Assembly (NCBI GenBank): GCA_036397975.1
Contig: DASWHW010000056.1
Span: 766-64,765 of the forward strand
DNA length: 64,000 nt
From: Bacteroidota bacterium
Lineage (GTDB): Bacteria > Bacteroidota > Ignavibacteria > UBA10030 > UBA6906
Direction of reading: 5' to 3'
In this document: positions 58,401 to 64,000 of the stretch, piece by piece
Layout of the letters: every line of letters starts with the position of its first letter
How positions within the stretch are numbered: position 1 is the first letter of the stretch
Position numbers and translations under genes: made by a program
Notes under the pieces: model-generated
Told to the model about the DNA's origin: nothing
The model's input: only the letters and a program-made list of their open reading frames with translations
Databases searched by the model: none

Positions 58401-61400
58401 ATGAGGATGATCCCCTTTCTAGTATTGACGTTTCTGTTCATGTCAATGCCCTTGAACGCCCAGCGATCTTCAGAGGATAATTTAAAATCGTCCCTCAACA
58501 CAAGTATGTTGAGTGGCTTGGAGTTCAGGTCAATCGGGCCTGCGTTGACCTCAGGACGAATCGCTGATATTGCAGTCGACCCGAATGATCATGCACGATT
58601 TTTTGTTGCAGTGGCTTCTGGAGGAATATGGCGAACGCTGAATTCGGGGATCACCTGGGAGCCAGTGTTTGATGGAGAAGCTTCATACTCGGTCGGGTGC
58701 ATCACGATGGATCCCAGCAATCCGTACGTAATTTGGGTTGGATCCGGGGAGAACAACAGCCAACGGAGCGTTTCGTACGGTGATGGAGTGTACAAATCCG
58801 AAGACGGAGGATCCACCTGGAAGAATATGGGATTAAAGACCTCGGAGCATATTGGAAAGATCATAGTTGATCCGAGGAATTCAGCCGTGGTCTACGTTGC
58901 AGCGCAGGGTCCGTTATGGGCTTCCGGTGGCGAACGTGGTCTCTATAAGACAACGGATGGCGGCGCGACATGGAAAGCAGTCCTGACGGTGAGCAAGCAT
59001 ACCGGTGTCACTGATATCGTTATGGATCCCCGGAACCCCGATGTTCTCTATGCTGCATCGTATCAGCGAGAGCGACGCGTGTGGACGTTGATCGATGGAG
59101 GCCCCGAGTGTGCGATTTATAAGTCCTCGAACGCAGGAACGACCTGGACAAAACTCGAACACGGATTACCCAGCGGGGATGTCGGTAGAATCGGACTTGC
59201 AATCTCACCGGTGAATCCGGATATCCTCTTCGCAACAATAGAACTCCCGAACAGGAAGGGGGGCTTCTATCGTTCGAGTGACCGGGGCGCATCATGGGAA
59301 AAGCGAAGTGGTTACATCAACAATAGTCCCCAATACTACACCGAGCTTGTACCCGATCCGGCGGACATCGATCGTGTCTATGCGATGGACACATACCTGA
59401 AAGTCACTGACGACGGCGGAAAAACGTTTCGTAATCTCGGTGAGAAGAACAAACACGTTGACAACCATGCGATGTGGGTGAATCCAAACAACCCTAAGCA
59501 CTATCGGGTCGGATGTGATGGCGGGCTGTACGAGAGTTTTGATGCTGGATATTTCTGGTTCTTTTTCAGCAATCTGCCGATCACACAATTCTATCGAGTA
59601 TCTGTCGATAACGCGACGCCGTTCTATAATGTCTATGGAGGTACGCAGGATAACTTTACACTTGGTGGTCCTTCAAGGACGCGCAGCGCAAGCGGCATTA
59701 CCAATGCCGATTGGTTTGTTACTGTTGGTGGCGATGGGTTCGGGACTCAAGTCGATCCGGAGGACCCGAACATCGTGTATTCTCAGTCGCAATATGGAAA
59801 CCTTGCCCGTTTTGATAAACGCAATGGCGAGGTCATGGGAATCAAGCCCGTGGAAGGAAAGGGAGAGAAGCCATATCGTTGGAACTGGGATTCACCGCTC
59901 CTCATCAGTCCGCATAAGGCATCACGACTCTACTTTGCGGGAAATATTCTCTTTCGGAGTGAAGATCGAGGCAATACATGGACGGCGATCAGCGGGGACC
60001 TGACCAGGCAGATTGATCGCAACAGCCTTGAGGTAATGGATATAGTGTGGGGAATAGATGCCGTTGCGAAAAATGCGTCAACGTCGCTGTACGGAACGTG
60101 CATTGCGGTTTCGGAATCGCCAGTGAAAGAAGGAACACTCTACGTTGGCACCGATGATGGCGTGATTCAACGGACAACAGACAACGGCGCAACTTGGAAG
60201 AGAATGGAAAAATTCCCCGGCGTTCCGGCAATGACGTATGTGAGCGACATTGTTGCCTCGCAGCACGACGCATCCGTGGTCTATGCGGCGTTCGATAACC
60301 ATAAGAGCGGAGATTTCACACCGTATCTTCTGAAAAGTGTTGACGGAGGCGAATCCTGGTCATCGATTGCGTCAACGTTGCCGAAGAACGGTCCGGTCTA
60401 TTGCATTGTGGAAGATCACGAGCAACCGCAGCTCCTTTTCTGCGGGACCGAGTACGGCGTCTTTTGCTCTATCGATGGAGGGAACAACTGGGTACAAATG
60501 AAGGGAGGCCTTCCGACTATTGCTGTGAAAGAAATCGCAATGCAACAAAGGGAAAACGATCTCGTTCTTGGTACATTTGGCCGCGGGTTCTACATTCTTG
60601 ATAATTATTCTCCTCTGAGAAATCTCACCAAAGAGGTACTGAATGCCGAAGCAGCTCTCCTTCCAATAAGAGAAGCTCTTGTCTATCACCCGTCTCAACC
60701 ATATGGCTTGAAGGGTAAAGGATTTCAAGGAGCGTCTTTCTTCACATCAGACAATCCTCCGCATGGAGCAGTGCTGACATATTATCTCAAGGAATCCTAC
60801 AAATCCCTGAAGGACAAGCGAAAAGATTCCGAGAAGGAGGCAGAGAAACGCGGCGACAAAGTGAAGTACCCGACCTATGGCGAGCTGAAGGCGGAGGACG
60901 AAGAGGATCAGCCATCGATCATCCTGACAATTGCAGACGAGAAGGGAAATGTAGTCCGGCGCATAAGCGGACCTTCCTCCAAAGGAATTCATCGCGTGAA
61001 TTGGGATATGCGCTATCCTTCGTCGTCTCCTATCGAGTTGACACCTTCGGAACCAGATATCTTTGCAACAGGCGATGGGGGACCGCTTACAATGCCGGGA
61101 AAATACACGGCGCGGCTCTCTAAGATTATCAACGGCGTGGAAACTCATTTGGGAACCTCACAGTCGTTTTCGACTGTTGTCCTTGGACCATCCACACTTG
61201 GGGCGGGCGATCGGGAAAAACTGGTGTCGTTCCAGCGGAAGGTTGCTGACTTGCAGCGTGCCGTTCTTGGTTCGCAGCGCGTGGTGGATGATGTGAAAAC
61301 ACGATTGACCTCCATGAAACGGGCCCTTCAGTCAACTGCGGGTGCCACCGGCACTCTTCAATCGAGAATCGATACCCTTGGAGAAAAGTTGAACAACATC

Positions 61401-61688
61401 TTCGTTGCACTGCGGGGAGACAGAACGTTATCGTCGCGGTTTGAAAACTCACCGCCAGCCATTAGTGACCGGGTAAACAACATCGTTGACGATCAGTGGC
61501 AATCGACCTCGGCGCCAACCCAGACGCAGATCGCATCGTATGAGGTTGCGTCGGATGAGTTCGAAGTACAATTATCGAATCTCAAAACACTTGTCGATGA
61601 TGACTTGAAGACAATTGAAAACGAACTGGATCGTCTCGGTGCACCCTGGACTCCCGGTAGAATTCCGGAGTGGAAGAAGAAATATTAA
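58401..61688 (+). CDS. Exported BNR/Asp-box (VPS10-like) glycosyl-hydrolase-family protein
   Basis: Signal peptide; FRSIGPALTSGRI; repeated SxDGGxTW Asp-boxes; GTFGRGFYILD. Confidence 0.9.
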   Translation: MRMIPFLVLTFLFMSMPLNAQRSSEDNLKSSLNTSMLSGLEFRSIGPALTSGRIADIAVDPNDHARFFVAVASGGIWRTLNSGITWEPVFDGEASYSVGCITMDPSNPYVIWVGSGENNSQRSVSYGDGVYKSEDGGSTWKNMGLKTSEHIGKIIVDPRNSAVVYVAAQGPLWASGGERGLYKTTDGGATWKAVLTVSKHTGVTDIVMDPRNPDVLYAASYQRERRVWTLIDGGPECAIYKSSNAGTTWTKLEHGLPSGDVGRIGLAISPVNPDILFATIELPNRKGGFYRSSDRGASWEKRSGYINNSPQYYTELVPDPADIDRVYAMDTYLKVTDDGGKTFRNLGEKNKHVDNHAMWVNPNNPKHYRVGCDGGLYESFDAGYFWFFFSNLPITQFYRVSVDNATPFYNVYGGTQDNFTLGGPSRTRSASGITNADWFVTVGGDGFGTQVDPEDPNIVYSQSQYGNLARFDKRNGEVMGIKPVEGKGEKPYRWNWDSPLLISPHKASRLYFAGNILFRSEDRGNTWTAISGDLTRQIDRNSLEVMDIVWGIDAVAKNASTSLYGTCIAVSESPVKEGTLYVGTDDGVIQRTTDNGATWKRMEKFPGVPAMTYVSDIVASQHDASVVYAAFDNHKSGDFTPYLLKSVDGGESWSSIASTLPKNGPVYCIVEDHEQPQLLFCGTEYGVFCSIDGGNNWVQMKGGLPTIAVKEIAMQQRENDLVLGTFGRGFYILDNYSPLRNLTKEVLNAEAALLPIREALVYHPSQPYGLKGKGFQGASFFTSDNPPHGAVLTYYLKESYKSLKDKRKDSEKEAEKRGDKVKYPTYGELKAEDEEDQPSIILTIADEKGNVVRRISGPSSKGIHRVNWDMRYPSSSPIELTPSEPDIFATGDGGPLTMPGKYTARLSKIINGVETHLGTSQSFSTVVLGPSTLGAGDREKLVSFQRKVADLQRAVLGSQRVVDDVKTRLTSMKRALQSTAGATGTLQSRIDTLGEKLNNIFVALRGDRTLSSRFENSPPAISDRVNNIVDDQWQSTSAPTQTQIASYEVASDEFEVQLSNLKTLVDDDLKTIENELDRLGAPWTPGRIPEWKKKY

Positions 61689-61721
61689 CGACGCTTGGGT
61701 TGGGCAATTTGGGAGAGTACT

Positions 61722-62306
61722 ATGCCATTGAAAAAAGTATGTGTGTATGCGGCCTCAAGCAAGCAAATACACCCGGAGTATCTTGAGGACGCGCGGGAAG
61801 CGGGCGAAGAACTTGCAAAGGCTTCCATTGAGATCGTTTATGGCGGAGGAGCCGTTGGTTTGATGGGTGCTATCGCCGATGGCGCCCTCTCCCGGAAGGG
61901 AAGAGTGACGGGGATTATTCCGCGATTCATGATGGATCTTGAATGGGGACATCCCGACATTTCCGAAATGGTGGTTGTCGAGGACATGCATCAACGCAAA
62001 GCCAGGATGATTGAGGAATCCGATGCCGTCCTTGCGCTCCCCGGTGGTTGTGGAACTCTCGAAGAATTGTTCGAGGCGATCACAATGAAGCGGCTTGGAC
62101 TCTATTTCAAACCGATCATTCTCTTGAATACACGGGGAGCGTACGATCGTGTTGTCGATGTGCTTGAACATTGTGTGGAGGAGAGGTTTATGGATGATCG
62201 CCACCGGGGAATGTGGCGGGTTGCGTCCACACCCGCCGAAATCATTCCGGCAATTCACCAATCACCGCTCTGGCCGGAGAATGCCAGGAGCTTCGCAACG
62301 TTTTGA
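61722..62306 (+). CDS. LOG family protein (TIGR00730)
   Basis: VYGGGAVGLMG, MHQRKARM, PGGCGTLEEL. Confidence 0.93.
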   Translation: MPLKKVCVYAASSKQIHPEYLEDAREAGEELAKASIEIVYGGGAVGLMGAIADGALSRKGRVTGIIPRFMMDLEWGHPDISEMVVVEDMHQRKARMIEESDAVLALPGGCGTLEELFEAITMKRLGLYFKPIILLNTRGAYDRVVDVLEHCVEERFMDDRHRGMWRVASTPAEIIPAIHQSPLWPENARSFATF

Positions 62307-62308
62307 TC

Positions 62309-63349
62309 ATGACTAAGAACATCGAACAGAAATGCGGCCAGATGTTGATGACAGGTTTTCGCGGAACGAGACTTACTCGTGGCCACCCCATTATCCGTCA
62401 GATCAAGCAGTACGACATCGGTTCGATTATCCTGTTCGATATAGACGTTGCCAACAATTCCCCTCTCATGAATGTCGAAAGCCCCCAACAGCTCCACCAA
62501 TTGACCGACGAGTTGCGAGCAGCAGCTCCAACGCCCTTGTTGATTGCGATTGACCAGGAAGGTGGGAAAGTCAACCGGTTGAAAGAAGAGCGTGGCTTTC
62601 CACCGTCAATTTCAGCCCAAACGTTGGGAATGAGGAACAATCCTGACTCAACGAAAGACGCTGCACGAAGAACGGCAGAGACACTCAAGAACGCCGGCAT
62701 TTCACTAAATATAGCTCCTTGCGTCGATCTGAATATCAATCCCGATAATCCGATCATTGGAAAGAAGGAGAGAAGTTTTTCGGCCGATCCGGCAGTCGTT
62801 ATAGCGCATGCACGCGAGGTGATAAGGGCGCACCATGAGATGGGTGTTCTCTGTACACTCAAGCATTTTCCCGGCCACGGCAGCTCCACCGCCGACACAC
62901 ATTTGGAATTTGTAGATGTAACGAACACGTGGCGCGAAGAGGAGCTGATACCATACCGGACGTTGATCGGTGAGGGTATTGTCGATTCGGTAATGACATC
63001 CCACGTTTTCCATGCAACCTTCGACAAGAAATATCCCGCAACGCTTTCGCGCAAGATCATTCACGGAATACTCAGAGAGCAACTTGGCTTTGATGGCGTT
63101 GTTATTTCGGATGACATGCAGATGAAGGCAATCGCCGACCGGTATGGTCTGGAGACTGCAGTTCAACTTGCCATCGATGCGGGGATCGATATCCTTGCCT
63201 TCGGCAATAATATGGCGAACGACCCGGACATTGTCCGGAAGGTCATAACAATAATGACCGGACTCCTCTCGAAAGGGCAGATTGACGAAAGTCGAATCGA
63301 TGAATCAATACGCCGGATTCGCCATCTAAAAGAGAAATTATCGGCATGA
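62309..63349 (+). CDS. nagZ: GH3 beta-N-acetylhexosaminidase
   Basis: AIDQEGG, LNIAPCVD, KHFPGHG...DTH, SDDMQM. Confidence 0.9.
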   Translation: MTKNIEQKCGQMLMTGFRGTRLTRGHPIIRQIKQYDIGSIILFDIDVANNSPLMNVESPQQLHQLTDELRAAAPTPLLIAIDQEGGKVNRLKEERGFPPSISAQTLGMRNNPDSTKDAARRTAETLKNAGISLNIAPCVDLNINPDNPIIGKKERSFSADPAVVIAHAREVIRAHHEMGVLCTLKHFPGHGSSTADTHLEFVDVTNTWREEELIPYRTLIGEGIVDSVMTSHVFHATFDKKYPATLSRKIIHGILREQLGFDGVVISDDMQMKAIADRYGLETAVQLAIDAGIDILAFGNNMANDPDIVRKVITIMTGLLSKGQIDESRIDESIRRIRHLKEKLSA

Positions 63350-63927
63350 AGCGGAAGGGTGATCAGGAGGAAGAACAACGGGCGAGTGGTTTCTCGATGA
63401 AATGGATTGCTCTTGGAATATTAGTCCTCATTGGCGGAGGTGCATTGATGGTTCTCCTGCGTTCTGATAATCAAAAAGGGAGTTCTGCTTCGACGGACAC
63501 TCAGAGAGAAACGTACGGATTCAGGAAGGACGGAGAGCTTCGGTTTGAATCTTCTTCCGGAAAACATCTTGCCACCATCGCAATTGAAATCGCCGAGGAT
63601 GAAGCCGCGATTACCATAGGCCTCATGAACAGGCGTGTCGTTCCCGAGCTTCACGGAATGCTCTTCATTTTCCCAGATGAAGAACTCCGCTCCTTCTGGA
63701 TGCGCAACACCTACGCATCACTTGATATTATCTTCGTCAATAGCAATCTTGAGATAGTTGCATTACATCCCTACACTCAGCCATTGTCGGATACTTCGTA
63801 TCCATCGACGAGACCGGCGCAATATGTTGTTGAGGTTGCTGCAGGTTTCGCGGAGAAGCATGGTGTTCAGGCGGGCGATGGAATTGTGTGGACTCGGAAT
63901 CAAGTGAATAGAAACAGGCGTCTTTGA
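63346..63927 (+). CDS. DUF192-family protein with N-terminal TM anchor
   Basis: GLMNR, GMLFIF...FWMRNT...LDIIF, YVVEVAAG. Confidence 0.9.
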   Translation: MKRKGDQEEEQRASGFSMKWIALGILVLIGGGALMVLLRSDNQKGSSASTDTQRETYGFRKDGELRFESSSGKHLATIAIEIAEDEAAITIGLMNRRVVPELHGMLFIFPDEELRSFWMRNTYASLDIIFVNSNLEIVALHPYTQPLSDTSYPSTRPAQYVVEVAAGFAEKHGVQAGDGIVWTRNQVNRNRRL

Positions 63928-64000
63928 TATTTCCGAGGGAATGGTTCGCGCTAGTAGTTCAGCAGCAGCCAAAATTGTCGCAAATTCCACTTGCCTCTCG

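Noticed and set aside
63952-64000. Possible 3' end of a minus-strand gene (RGKWNLRQFWLLLNY-stop)
   Set aside because: Too short to support a call

Overview
A 64-kb stretch of bacterial core chromosome, almost entirely + strand coding. The lineage is most likely Ignavibacteria or a related Bacteroidota/Chlorobi group: there is a QNYPNPFNP T9SS C-terminal domain, a short 284-aa primary sigma factor, and retained Shine-Dalgarno sites. Housekeeping content: three tRNAs, psd-pssA-purS-purQ-tatA x2-gatA-sucD, ndk, sigA, def-fmt, parAB, uvrB-comF, gap-pgk, ispG, folD, an RhlB-like helicase and nagZ. No integrase, transposase, phage gene or CRISPR array was recognised. Strongest second-look items: (1) a translationally coupled four-gene unit of an AbrB-like gene, a catalytically degenerate PIN domain and two different microcompartment vertex (EutN/CcmL) genes, with no hexamer shell gene in the window; (2) a phosphate-scavenging island (TonB receptor, T9SS-secreted protein, porin, pstSCAB-phoU) with two 11-bp-period Pho-box-like arrays; (3) an unannotated ~175-nt nested rod-like RNA with its own promoter (6S-like) upstream of proline dehydrogenase; (4) an OPT-DPP4-OPT-PqqD(RRE) peptide-uptake cluster with no RiPP enzymes; (5) an inactive GGDEF domain that keeps its RxxD I-site; (6) a large secreted protein missing from the ORF track, with a Fur-box-like site upstream. 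Family assignments come from motif recognition by eye; no database search or folding program was run.
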